Shown: positions 24,831 through 37,971, numbered from the whole stretch's first letter. The stretch: 63,912 nt of DNA, filler included, from Octopus bimaculoides (GCF_001194135.2; 8 parts of 8 records of this genome joined end to end with filler, not necessarily neighbours in it), one strand, 5' to 3'. Program-made: numbers and translations. Notes: a model not told the origin generated them from the sequence alone.

Positions 24831-26980
24831 NNNNNNNNNNNNNNNNNNNNNNNNNNNNNNNNNNNNNNNNNNNNTTAATTAATTAANNNNNNNNNNNNNN
24901 NNNNNNNNNNNNNNNNNNNNNNNNNNNNNNTTTTTTTTTTTTTTTTTTTTTTTTTTGATAAAGTTTAGAGGTCATGTCACTACCAATGTTTCGCTTCTCA
25001 GAAAAGTTGATTGCCGATCAATCAATACTTCTGCATAATAAAGATCGATCAATTGATTAGTCATAACATTATCAGATATATATACATGTATGAGTGTGTG
25101 CGTGCATGCGTGTATGCGTGTAAGCGTGTGTGCATGTAAGTGCGCGTGCGTGTGTGTGTGTGTGTGTATGTGTGTGTGTGTGTGTTTAGTCTATGATTCA
25201 CGCCTACATTACGTGAAACCATGAGCATCTAAGGACTGAGTCATCATATATGAAAAATAAACCTCGCCAAACTTCACAACATGTATTGAGTACGCGTTTT
25301 CTCATTTGCAATGGTCCCTTCCTCCCTCTCTCTCCCTCCTTCCCTCTCTCTTTCTTTTTCTGGCTGTCTGCCAGGCTCTCTGTCTCTCTCTCTCTCTCTC
25401 ACGTGCGCACGCACGCACATACCCCCCCCCNNNNNNNNNNNNNNNNNNNNNNNNNNNNNNNNNNNNNNNNNCCCAGATTTCATAAGTTCGTCAAGGTGAA
25501 TGCGATTGAAAGGGGAAAACTAGGGAATAACTAAATGAAGAAAATCTACCAAACGTTGATGGTTGTTTCAATTAACTGAGTTGTGAAGCTATATTTGGAA
25601 ACCGATAACAGTTTCTAGATTCCTGTCCATAAATTTTCATTCTGATTAAGTGTGCGACTGTTTCTTGGCCATTATAAAATACAACCATTTCATACTAAGT
25701 TTTGTTGTATGAAATTAGTTACTATCTTGTTGAAAAATTGCTTCCAATGAATCATATAGAAACATTATTAATTGAGGGCGATAATTTCGTTTCCAGACTG
25801 GAAACGAAGCTTCTTGGTATTTACTTTTAAAATTCCATTTAATATTTCCGAACGGCCAAAAATTTTTGCAAGGCATACAACCCTACAATATTACACTGGT
25901 TTCATTGTTGATGCTAGTGCTGCTGTATCATGGTTTGATAACTGTCGTACTGAGGATTCGGCGATTCCACTTATTTTTGTTTCTGCTTTGGCTATCTCGG
26001 AATTACGACCAACGTTGAAGAGAAACCGCACTAGCATCATCTATGGTCTTCACCGCAGGAGCCTACAGTTGTCATCGCCTCTATTACTGTTTTCAACCCT
26101 CCTTATTCTTTTCGGGGTCCCTCTTCACTGCTCTTTTCCGCTCCCCTAACGAGGTTTAACTTCAGGATAACCCTCTGATCTTCAAGAGTCACCAGTATCC
26201 GGATGTTGATACGGATCCTACCCGACCACATGTTACTGCAGATTACCTACGAGCTCACCACCTATTTGTTCTCTGCTGTAAAGTTGTTAACAGGTCAATG
26301 GCCAACCCAAGTACTAATATAACTGATCGGGACTCTAATATCATTTTTTTCTATTCTGTTCTGGCGCTTACATGTAACACACACGCTCTACCAGACATAT
26401 GTTTCCAGCTTCAGTCGAGGGAGCATACACACTTCATTTGGCTTGCACGTAATATAATTCAATTCATCGCTTCTTAAAAACTAATCTTCATCTCTTCATT
26501 CCTTTTGATTTCGTACTAAATTTTTGTTGTTTATTCCTTATGTTGTTTTATCCACAAAGAAATTTTCTTTTTAAAATATTCAGTTATCATTGTTTTCTTA
26601 GTATTCTTTCTTTAAGTCTTCCATAAAAGAGTCTGTACACTATTACTTGTGTCGCTGAAACTGATTTCACTCGCTACTATTGTTTGCTGTATTTCTTTTG
26701 ATATTGCCTGATGATCAGTTAGAGCTAATGAAACCATAAATCAGTAATCCAGCTTGTTTGCTATTTTCTTTTTCTTCCTATTCGTCTTTGTAAAATTTTC
26801 TTTAAAAACTTGATAAATCTTTACGCCGGATTTTGTTAATCTTCTCTCAGTCTTCTTGCTATTCATTGCAAAGTGTATCTTCTCTTCTTTTTTTTTCGCC
26901 TCGACGCTGTCTAGTCTTTCCAAACACGAAGTGGTCATAGTGACAAACGATGAGCACAAATACAAGTAACATCCATCGTC

Positions 26981-27160
26981 TGATTGGTTAGTAGAAACGA
27001 TTCAATTGGTTCTCAGAGGGGATTGGTTGCCGAAAGTGGTGTGATCGTGCCTGTACTCTGATTGGTTGCCAAAAGTGGTGTGACGGTACTTCAACACTGA
27101 CTGGTTGCAGCAAGTGGTGTAGTTGTGTCATACAAATGATTGGCAGCCAAAGAGTGATGT
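26981..27160. repeat. Diverged 39-bp tandem repeat (5 units) built on an inverted CCAAT box
   Basis: ATTGG or ACTGG starts at 26983, 27022, 27061, 27100 and 27139. Units 2-4 share TGGTTGCNNNAAGTGGTGT. Confidence 0.8.
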
Positions 27161-27408
27161 GCTCTTGTATCAAGGCTGATCCACCATTGAATGCAAAGTT
27201 ACGAAATACATATTTACTATGATATGCCAGTTTTATGCTTAGTATACTTTTAGTTTTCTAATCACCTGATTTAGTGAAAGCAGAAAATCAATATTTAAGC
27301 AAGTAGGCTAAAGAACAAAAACAAAACAATAGTTTCATTTGAATTTAAGGAATTGGCTCAAAGACTACAAACTTTAAGAAGGTGTTCAATATGTTGGCGA
27401 CTACTGTA

Positions 27409-27441
<33 letters not shown>

Positions 27442-28189
27442 TGCTACAAAATCATAGTTAAACTATGGCTTACGATTTTGCAAGACATCCTATATGGTGC
27501 TGATCTGATAGCAAGGAAAGGGAGTGATCTGGTAGCTTTTAATGGTCGGTAGTCTAATATAATGAGAAGTACAAATAAACGCATTTTAGAAGACATATTG
27601 GAAATTTTTTAACCGTTCAGCGCTTCACAGTAAATCGATATGTTCCACGTTTGTCAAAGTTGCAAGCTCGTCTATAAAACCTCTTATTTCTTGAAGAAAA
27701 AGTGCACTGTAAGCGGTTCCCTGTGATTCTCGTGATATAGCCTTACCAATTCTGAGATAGGGAGAGAGAGAGAGAACGAGGAGGAGGGAGAGAATCGGCC
27801 TTAGAAAGCTGAAGGCTAAAGTCAATCCTCGGTGAGAATTAAATTTTGAACGTAAAGAGTCAGAACAATTGCCGCAAGACATTTGTCTAACACTCACAAT
27901 TTTGCTAATCAACCGCCATTTATAATGCAGACAATCAAATATGAACACAGACATAGAGAGATGGACGTTCAAAAAGTTACAAAGATGCGTGGGCGGAATA
28001 TTGAATGGTTCGGCTAAACGATACGGCAACGAATGGGGAAACGGATGAATGGTCCGAGAAACGGGTGGTTAGACACAGATAAATATTGTGTGTGTGTGTG
28101 TGTATGTGATCGAGCGAGCGGATAGTCAGTCAGATATACAGGGTGGAAGGGCAAATGAGTGAATAAATAGGCAGACAGACAAATAGATA

Positions 28190-28209
28190 GATAGTCAGGC
28201 AGATAAACT

Positions 28210-28266
<57 letters not shown>

Positions 28267-28310
28267 TCAGACAAAAAGACAGACAGAGAGACAGACAAAC
28301 ATGGATAAAC
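28190..28310. repeat. (GATA)n microsatellite; similar runs at 13903-13968, 45950-46000, 47198-47256 and 58695-58915
   Basis: Directly visible. Confidence 0.95.
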
Positions 28311-29200
28311 AGAAACTGATAAATTGAATAGATGGATAAACTGAAATATAAATAGATGGTTAGAAAGAGATATGGAAATATTCAAAAAAGAATATTTTCA
28401 TGATCAGCTGTTGACTGGAAATCATCGGAACTTTGCCACCTGACAGTCTCTCTTTTGTTGGATGTCTTAGAACTAGGATGTATGGATATCATTAAGAGAA
28501 ACTCCATTATCCTCACACAACTAAAATATGAGCAAAAAAAAAATAAAAAAGCTGGCTGATCGGCCAACAGTTTCTCTAAGTCTTAAACGATGTGCATTCT
28601 ATCGTGGCTTTCACGCGCAATTATTTATGCTTTTGCTAGCTTGTCTGTGTGTATGAGTGTGCGCAAGTGATCGCTTGTTCATTTGTGTGCTTGCATTTCT
28701 GCATGCGCACGTGATCGTCTGCGTGCGCGATTTTCCGCGTGTGTATGTGTGTATGCGAGTGTGAGAGCTTGCTTGCACTCATGTATGTGTGTGTATGCTT
28801 GTGTGTGCACGCGGTTGTGTGCGTGTGTGTCTTTGTGTGCGCGTTTGTACGAGTGTGTATGGAGGTTTATATGACTGCGCTTACGTTTCAGTACATGGCT
28901 TCCAAATATAATAAGCGTAGAGAAATTAAGACGAACAATTAAGAATCTATTAACCAAGAACTATTTCAAAGGGAAGAATATTCATAAATGCATTTCGTGT
29001 TCTGTCGTCATTCTGTTGTCTCTTTTCCAATAGTTATGACAAAATGGTAGTGCAAAGTGCGTCGCGTTTTGATAATCAAATATGAAGTCACCTGATGTCA
29101 TGACATGCTAGGTCAGTTATTATATATATAATCTACAAACATACACACATACACACACACACAAAAATACATACATACATACATACATATATATATATAC

Positions 29201-29610
29201 TCTTTTACTCTTTTACTTGTTTCAGTCATGTGACTGTGGCCATGCTGGAGCACCTGCTGGAGCACCGCCTTTAGTCGAGAAGATCGACCCCAGGACTTAT
29301 TCTTTGTAAGCCTAGTACTTATTCTATCGTTCTCTTGGCTGAACCGCTAATTTAGGGGACGTAAGCACACCAACATCGCTTGATAATCGATGTTGGGGGG
29401 ACAAACACAGACAGGCAAACACACACACACACACATATATATACATATACATATATACGACGGGCTTCTTTTCAGTTTCCGTCTACCAAATCTACTCACA
29501 AGGCTTTGGTCGGCCCGAGGCTATAGTAGAAGACACTTGCTCAAGGTGCCACGCAGTGGGTCTGAACCCGGAACCATGTGGTTGTTAAGCAAGCTACTTA
29601 CCACACAGCC
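29201..29610 (-). mobile_element. tRNA-derived SINE family A, full copy with internal microsatellite
   Basis: Minus strand reads: A-box-like GGCTGTGTGG, B-box-like GGTTCAGACCC, CACCTTGAGCAAGTGTCTT, ...GAAGCCCGTCG, (TA/TG)n, a 3' body with GATAGAATAAGTAC...CTGGGGTCGAT and tail GGCGGTGCTCCAGCA...GACTGAAACAAGTAAAAGAGTAAAAGAG. Many homologues occur in the window. Confidence 0.9.
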
Positions 29611-30486
29611 AATATATATATATATATATATATATANNNNNNNNNNNNNNNNNNNNNNNNNNNNNNNNNNNNNNNNNNNNNNNNNNNNNNNNNNNNNNNN
29701 NNNNNNNNNNNNNNNNNNNNNNNNNNNNNNNNNNNNNNNNNNNNNNNNNNNNNNNNNNNNNNNNNNNNNNNNNNNNNNNNNNNNNNNNNNNNNNNNNNNN
29801 NNNNNNNNNNNNNNNNNNNNNNNNNNNNNNNNNNNNNNNNNNNNNNNNNNNNNNNNNNNNNNNNNNNNNNNNNNNNNNNNNNNNNNNNNNNNNNNNNNNN
29901 NNNNNNNNNNNNNNNNNNNNNNNNNNNNNNNNNNNNNNNNNNNNNNNNNNNNNNNNNNNNNNNNNNNNNNNNNNNNNNNNNNNNNNNNNNNNNNNNNNNN
30001 NNNNNNNNNNNNNNNNNNNNNNNNNNNNNNNNNNNNNNNNNNNNNNNNNNNNNNNNNNNNNNNNNNNNNNNNNNNNNNNNNNNNNNNNNNNNNNNNNNNN
30101 NNNNNNNNNNNNNNNNNNNNNNNNNNNNNNNNNNNNNNNNNNNNNNNNNNNNNNNNNNNNNNNNNNNNNNNNNNNNNNNNNNNNNNNNNNNNNNNNNNNN
30201 NNNNNNNNNNNNNNNNNNNNNNNNNNNNNNNNNNNNNNNNNNNNNNNNNNNNNNNNNNNNNNNNNNNNNNNNNNNNNNNNNNNNNNNNNNNNNNNNNNNN
30301 NNNNNNNNNNNNNNNNNNNNNNNNNNNNNNNNNNNNNNNNNNNNNGCGTTCGTAACACACACCTGATCTATAGTCTTCAGATCGATTACTGACATTGAAA
30401 GTTTAAATAGAAACGGATTAAACTGATTGAACTGAGCATGTTCTCTTGCAGTGTGTGTGCGCGCGCGCGCGTTAGTGTAGTGTTTT

Positions 30487-30720
30487 AATAATCCTTTCTA
30501 CTAAAGGCACAATGCCTGTAATTTGTTGGGACGTGGAATAGTCGACCACATCGACCCCAGTGTTTCATTGGTACTTAATTTATCGAATCCGAAAGGATGA
30601 AAGGCAAAGTCGACCCCGTCGGAATTTGAACTCAGAACGTAGCGGCAGATGAAATACCGCTAAGCTTCTCTGCAAAGCATTTCGCCCGGCGTGCTAACGA
30701 TTCTGCCATCTTGACGCCTT
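30487..30720 (-). mobile_element. SINE family B, full copy
   Basis: aataatcctttctactaaaggcac...atcgaccccagtg...gaaaggatgaaaggcaaagtcgacc...gctaacgattctgcc...cgcctt. Confidence 0.9.
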
Positions 30721-30989
30721 AATGATGCAATTAATAATAAAAGGGGTGGAAGTGATATTATGCTGTTTAGCCCCAGGTCAGCCTTGACTGAGCAGATCTA
30801 TGATCGAAGGTATTCCATCGGTGACCACCTCTCTTTTTCTATGTCAGAAATATTCCTGGTAGAATATCTAAGATTATATTATCTCGCGTGTGCTTTTACT
30901 ATTTTTTGTGGTGGGCGGGGGTGGGGGTTATCGAATTGCTAGAGTTGTTAGAGGGTCAGATAGAGGGTCCTTTTGAATGAACTACTAAG

Positions 30990-31124
30990 CTAGAGGGACG
31001 TAAATATACCAACACCAGTTGTCAAGCGGTGGTGGGGAACAAACACAGATACAAAGATACACGCACACACAAACACACACACACACATACACACGCACAC
31101 ACATACACACGCACACACGCGCGC

Positions 31125-31192
<68 letters not shown>

Positions 31193-31332
31193 CGGGTTTT
31201 TTTCAGTTTTCGTCAATTAAATCCTGGTTGGCCAGAGGCTATAGTAGAAGATACTTGTCCCAGGTGCCACGCAGAGGGACTGAAGTCGGAACCATGTGAT
31301 TGGTAAGCAAACTTCTTATCATACAACCACGC
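30990..31332 (-). mobile_element. SINE family A copy with expanded internal (CA)n
   Basis: gggacgtaaatataccaacaccagttgtcaagcggtgg, then a CA tract, then gacggg...gccacgcag... Confidence 0.8.
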
Positions 31333-31339
31333 CCATACA

Positions 31340-31372
<33 letters not shown>

Positions 31373-31589
31373 TTTAGAAGTAATTGAGTCTATATTCGGT
31401 TATAGAGTGACCCATGATTTCGCATCCACAAAGGCTTTAACCTCGTGGACGTCTTGTCAGACTTTAAGCTGAAAAAGCATGATCGCTATCACATTCTCGT
31501 TTATCTTTCTCCCTAAATATATGATCTTGGGGTACTTTGGTCGTCACCAATATTTTAAGCACAATTAAGGGCGATAGATGGGCAGAACC

Positions 31590-32410
31590 AACAGAACATT
31601 GAATAAAATATTTGGCTAAAATATTTAGTCATTCTTCTTTGAAGTTTGACTCAAAGTGCCATTAGGATCGACTGTGTATTTCATCCTTCAAAAGTCGATA
31701 ATATAAGTAACAGTCGAGAATTGGTATTGATTAATGCTCAAAGTTTGTGGCCTTGTGTCGATGTCACAATCTTCATTTCGAGTAGTGGGCGTTATTTCTG
31801 CTAATCGAAGGCGGCAAGCTTATAGAAACGTTTGAGTCTCGGATAAAAAATATCTTTGCTGCATAATTCAAAGTTCAGTTTCCCTGAGGTCATCTTTGCC
31901 TTTTATCTCTTTGAAAGCAATCAGATAAAGTACCAGCCGAGTACTGAGGTCGATAGTATCGACTAACCACCTCTCCTTGAAATTTCTGGTCTTCTGTTTA
32001 AATGAGAAACAATTATTCCCCCTAAACTATACGAGCACAAACGTTTTACAACTAGCGCACAAAATAGTTGATTGCCTAAAATAGTGTTACAATACATGAT
32101 TATATTATACATTAAGTATATACATACTATATAGTCGTTGAAGAAAAAAAAGTTAAATATGCATGAAACTTTTATATAAGATTACCGATTATTAACAAAT
32201 GGAGAAAACATCGACTGTAGCAAATCAGAAGAAAACCGCACAAATTGCCGAGTGATAGTTATGTCTACGATTTGACCGCAAATCTCGCTTGAAATTTATG
32301 GGATTTTGCAAATGCTTTTAAAAATCGATAGTTATCGACTTGTATTCATTTCATTAAGTTCAGAAAGATTGAAGGCAAAGTTGGGTTCGGTTAAATTTGA
32401 ACTCAAAACG
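31590..32410. mobile_element. Cluster of degenerate SINE family B copies (+ about 31590-31760 and 31808-32015; - about 32330-32410)
   Basis: aaggcggcaagc..., ctgaggtcatctttgcctttt, gataaagtaccag, aaatttctggtc. Confidence 0.6.
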
Positions 32411-32545
32411 AAGAGCCACAGATAATTGAACTGAACTGTGACGATTCATAACTCCTCATCGTGAAGATGATTGTTCGCGTTCAATTCACTTACCCTTCAG
32501 TGACTCAAATTAAATTAGAGTAGGAATAGGTTCCATAAAGTGATA

Positions 32546-33135
32546 TACAGGGTGTGCTGAGTATTTGTGAAGAAAATTTAGCAGAACGTAAATGAAAGAC
32601 AATCTTATATTATGCAGGTATGCACCAAATTTTAACTTTCTTGTTAACTTCCAGGTGTATCTAGAATATCAACATGGTAGATTCCAGTCTTCACGGGAAA
32701 TGAAAGCCAAATTGTACTCGTGGCTGTAGCTGCCAACCAGAGAGACTCAGAAATTTCCAGCTTGTTGATTGTGGTTCAATCTTGGGTCTTCATGGTCAAG
32801 AAAATCACTGGAGGACTCTAGTAGTGACAGGTCATCATCTTTGGTCGAAACAGACATTGATAATGCTTAAACGTCGTCAAGAAGGCCGAGTTGGTTAAGC
32901 AGGCCCAGGACATCATCAACAACTTCAAGGGATTGGTGAGGGCCATTGCCAGGCATTTCAAGATGACAGACTCTATCAGACGTAGTGCAAGAAGATATCA
33001 GGTATAAATTCTTCGTGATGAAGAGAAGATAGTTAATGTCAAGCTAGCCTCTGGAGAATTGTGATCATGTGACTCTCAACACCATGTGGTCTCCAATTTC
33101 TACAGACTTGAAGCCCCTTGATTGCTGTGTTCGGG
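32546..33135 (+). mobile_element. Decayed Tc1/mariner-superfamily (maT-like) element: left end plus transposase fragments
   Basis: TA-CAGGGTG terminus at 32546. Frameshifted fragments resemble RAIARH...IRRSVQEDIRYK; DHVTLNTMWSPISTDLKPLDCCV resembles the WPPNSPDLNPLDY motif. Confidence 0.65.
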
Positions 33136-33339
33136 ACGATAGCACTTAATCCTCACCTGTAGTCATGAAAAAATGAAAGAGTACGATCGCAAATGCAAGA
33201 GGCCGAAATGGGGTTCCTCTGAAGGATCCCTAGTGTACCGTTACACGAGAGAGTATGTAGCTCAGAGATCAGGGAGTCTCTCCAGGTTGAGCCGCTACTT
33301 TCAAACATTGAGAGACGACAGCTCTGGTACTACGGACAT

Positions 33340-33590
33340 GATGATTAGAAAATCGCAGGAAAGAATAGCAAAACAAATTTTTCAAACCGAATCAGCCGGC
33401 AGGAGACATAGAGGGAGACCAAGAACGAGTTGTTGGGTTATATCCATAGTCTCATCTGGTCACGCTTGGGAGTCCATCTGGGAAGTCTGTTGACAGTTGC
33501 TGGTGATCGGACCCTATGGAGGAGGTGCCTGATGATTCTGCGCTATCATTACCCTCTCAGAAACAGTGGACAGAGAAAATGAATGGATGT
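33340..33590 (+). mobile_element. RTE-clade LINE 3' end remnant
   Basis: ERIAKQIFQTESAGRRHRGRPRT..W and, after a frameshift, AGDRTLWR. These match the C-terminal G.R.RGRP...W and A.DR..WR motifs of RTE ORFs. An aatgaatg-like tail follows. Confidence 0.7.
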
Positions 33591-34440
33591 TACTTGACTG
33601 ATACTTTATGGGCACTGGAAGTATTAAAACCTAAGTTGCTTTCAGCGGGGTCTGAATGCGGAAGAAAGAGCTGTTAACTTAGAGATTCTGTCACCTCACC
33701 GCCCTATAGGAAATTATAATTTTAAAAAATGATTGCTTATTGAGGGAGATTGAGTCGAACATTCCTTGTAGTTTGTTCTCCATCTGTAGCGTTGGCACTG
33801 AGAGTGATTAGCTAAAATACTTGGACACCTACTTAAGTACACCTCAAGCTTACAATGGATAGAAGGCTGTTTCAGTCGCTTTTTAGGCATCTCTGGCTGC
33901 CGATAATATTCTTTCTTTGCTCTGCACAACATAATTTCTCAGACCCAGTATTGCAGTGTTTTCTGTGTTTAGTAATCCTCTTAATTTTGTTTCGAGAATC
34001 TTCCTAATTCTTCTCTTGTACTCTTTAGTGACTTTTTCTTTCACTTCTATTATCTTGCAGCACTCCTAGATATTTTTACCCTTCATTATTCCACAGCGAT
34101 CTAGTGATGTTGTTTCGTGGTAATTTTATACCCGTACTGTGCTGTGAAGTCAAATTTTCTTTTTCAGGGTCGATAAATGACCAGCCATGGACAATGGATT
34201 GGCAGAATTGTTAGAGCATGGGACGGGAGACTTTTCAATCTCTATCTTAATTTTGTACTGTCTGAGTTCAGATCTCACCCCCTCTTATCAGATAAACAGA
34301 TACTTCGGGACCCGTTTGAAAAGTTCTTAAGCAAGTGTCAAACGATTGTTCGCTTATCACTCACTGTGATAGCACACCAGGTGGCAGGAGGAAATGTAAA
34401 GGGATTTTCGAGTATTGTCTCGGGCCTTAGAACTTATAAG

Positions 34441-34620
34441 GTCGGTTACTCGGGTTCCATGGCATATAAGTGACCGACATCACAACATTCCCTCTGAACG
34501 GATCACCACTCCATTGCAAGGTTACCCTCTTACAGCTAAGTGGATTGGAGCAACATGAAATTACTATTTTGCTCAAGAACTCAATGCACTACCTAGTCCA
34601 GGAATCAAAGCCACACGCCT
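34441..34620 (-). mobile_element. SINE family C variant 3, reverse copy
   Basis: ttccatggcatataag...aagtggattggagcaacatgaaat...ttgctcaagaac...gtccaggaatc matches the reverse complement of 40793-41005. Similar degenerate copies occur at about 380-600 and 37888-37950. Confidence 0.7.
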
Positions 34621-34626
34621 TCACCG

Positions 34627-34667
<41 letters not shown>

Positions 34668-37600
34668 NNNNNNNNNNNNNNNNNNNNNNNNNNNNNNNNN
34701 NNNNNNNNNNNNNNNNNNNNNNNNNNNNNNNNNNNNNNNNNNNNNNNNNNNNNNNNNNNNNNNNNNNNNNNNNNNNNNNNNNNNNNNNNNNNNNNNNNNN
34801 NNNNNNNNNNNNNNNNNNNNNNNNNNNNNNNNNNNNNNNNNNNNNNNNNNNNNGTCATTCGTGGCCTTCTTTTGTCAGTCAAATTACCAGATGTCCTTAC
34901 AGTTTCAGGCAGTTACAATTGAGACTGTTCGATCTGGTTGCATCCATAAAAGTCTAAGCTAAGAGCTTTAGATTTTTTTGTAAGAAAGCTAGCCAATGTG
35001 TACGACAACAAAGACGAAAAACGGAGAACATGGTACACAGTTACAAATACAAACAACAAGAATATAACAACAGGTGTCTTTCGACGGAAGACGAATCAAA
35101 CTGAGTTGGTGTGTATAAAGTGAAAGCCTTAAGGCAGGAACGTAGGAGATAGATATAAGTGGTCTTGGCGGTCGGCAGTCAGGCCAAGAGAGAAAGATCA
35201 TGACTGGCCGAATACCGGTCACGTGGAAGGAGGAGAGAGGGGTAGAGGCAGCGGGATTGAAGGATTAGAAAAAATCAGAGACAAAGGGAAAGGTACAGTG
35301 GAGATAAACGAGGAGGAAAAGTGGGAGTTAAAGAGAGGGCTAAGAGATGTGAGCGAGGGGGAGCGAGAAAAAGAAAAGAGGAAGAAAGTATGAGGGAACT
35401 AAAAGACAGAGTAAAAGAATCGTAAAAAAATTAGATACATACTTACTATACGGTGAACAAAAGTGTACGTACGCAGCTATATGTATATATAAATATTTAA
35501 AAAATGGAGCAAAAACGCAATAGAGGATTATAAGACATATATATATACAAGTAAAGGCCTCTAATTTGCTCTAGATTTTTAGATGAAATGCAAGCTATTT
35601 CAACATCTCAGTTTTTTTCCTACGCTCCAAAGCTTCATTATCATATATTTAGTACAATACTAACATAATACGGCCAGATGAAGGAACTTATGTCTAAAGA
35701 CATCCTGTCTAGTGGACGACTCACCGTGATGCAATGCTAAGATTTCAGCAATTTTAATCGCTAGGCGATATCGATTTTATTTATGAGCTGCGCGACTTTC
35801 AAGAGAATATGATTATTGAATTTTTAATCGCGTCAGCTGTAGTTTAAAGCGATTAGTTGGTTAATTTACATTGGAATGGATTCAATAAAGAAATCTGAAG
35901 AAGGTCGAAGTAGTAGGAATTTTTTTCCTTCTTCTTCTCATTCTTTAACACACACAAATTTCAGAAACTAGTGTTGGGTCGGTACAAAACTGAGAAGAAA
36001 AGCGATGAAGAATGTGAATGATTAGGATTTAATATCGATAATCAACCATTGTGCACGGACCAAATAAATAAATAGTATAAATAGAACTACAGTATTTCTA
36101 TTAAATGCTCGCTTTCTCGTACTACAATTAGGGAATAAATTGCATTTTCTCGCCTTTCAAAGCGATGTTTATTAAGACGTGAGGTCTTAAAAATGACATC
36201 TAGACAACGAATCGCTTTAGGATACTCGTGGGACTTCATTTAACTAGGTTTGTTGAGAGCAAAACAAGTGCTAGGCAAACTAATTAATATCGTTAACAAG
36301 ATTTCGTCCCCATGATTGAAACACTATGGAATAAATTTTATGGCGTGAGGAATAAACTAAAGAAAACTTAGTCTGTAAATGTGCGAGGCCAACTGTTGCG
36401 TTAATTCTTCAAATTTTCGATAATATGATTATCAAGTACAACCTGTTTAAAATTTTATTAATGATTACATTGTCTTACGGTATGAAATTTATTCTGTCTT
36501 AAACTGTTTGACAACAGGATTTTGCTTCAATCGTATTTAATTAGAGTGCTATCACTTCCCACCCTTAAAAGAAATATAAAGTGGAGTAGGGAAGAACTGG
36601 TAGAGTTGTTAGAGCGTTTTATTGAACTCCTTGCAGTATTTGGTTCGGCTCTTTGAGCTCCGTGTTCAAGTTTGCCCTTCATCGTTTTAAAGTTGATAAA
36701 TTACCAGTTCATTACCAGCGGATTAGCGGAATTGTTAGATGTTGACGAGATGCCTTGTAGTATCTGCCCCGGTCGTGTGCTTTCTGAATTCTAATTGTGC
36801 TCCGATATAACTACTTCTCGCGGTTGGAAACGAATTCGTCGGGCCCCCAACGAATAGTGATAAGCCTCCAACGTAATACAGTGTGATGTGTCGATTGGGG
36901 TGGAATGAGGACCCTGCACTAGAAAGGAGAAATTCAAACAAATCTTCCTTAATCAGAGAATAGTCTAAGTTGTTCCAAAAGAGATTACGAACTCGGGTTT
37001 CTACCAACTGTGAAAATTATTACATCCCAATTATGGGATGTATCTAAGTTCCATTTCACTGTGTGGCACTTTGTGCAAGTTTCCTTTACTATAGTCTCTG
37101 GTTGATCAAGGCTTTTGAGTGAAACTGGCCGGAAGCCTGCCAGGTGGGTTGTGCCTGTAATTTAAAGGCTCCTCTACACACTCGGTGTCACATTGGTTCA
37201 GCCCGAGAATTACATTAAGAGTACACGTGATTGAAATTTTTAACCATTTACGTGCTAATTCAATGAACAAATAGTTGAGTTGATCGAACAACTGAAAACT
37301 TATCATAATTTACATAATTTACACTTGACGGATATTTGTCCTCATCTTGTTTGTTATTAACACTACACTTCGGTTGATATACCCTCCAGCCTTCATCAGA
37401 CTGCATGAAAACCTATCGTTGAAACCGACGGAGATCCATTTAACAAACGCGAGATAATCGAGAGGTCTAAATTGGGGGTATTTGATTGTTATCTCAAACT
37501 ATGGAAGTGACGAAGTGGCCGAGTCTCTGAAGTATCGGATAGAATATCTTGTAGTTCTGTGTTCAAATCTCACCCAAATCGTCTAAATGCCCAACAGACG

Positions 37601-37971
37601 CCGTATGCCACAACGGCGTTTCTACAACTCCAGAAGTAATTCAAGGCCCAAGGAAGAAGGGAAGTCTGATCTATATAGCTTAATACTTAACTGAGCTTCT
37701 GTTGTAGTTATAGTTACAAGTAAGTGGAATTGACACGTTTTAAAGATGCTTTGTTCAATAACGATATCAATGATTTGGGGAATTAGTACAAAAGTGGGGA
37801 CTTCAAAACTTTTACGAACTGACATTTTTTAGTTCATTCATCATTACACACTTCTTTTGTTTTTTCTTTAGACCTAGGACTCTTAAAACCGGTTACTCGG
37901 TTTCCGTGGCGTATTTGTGACTGCATTCACAATATTCCCTCTGAACGAGTACTGGTTCGTTGCAGGGTTCA

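Noticed and set aside
25772-26149. 125-aa ORF
   Set aside because: It has a non-ATG start, no recognisable motif and no splice support; it is probably decayed repeat sequence.
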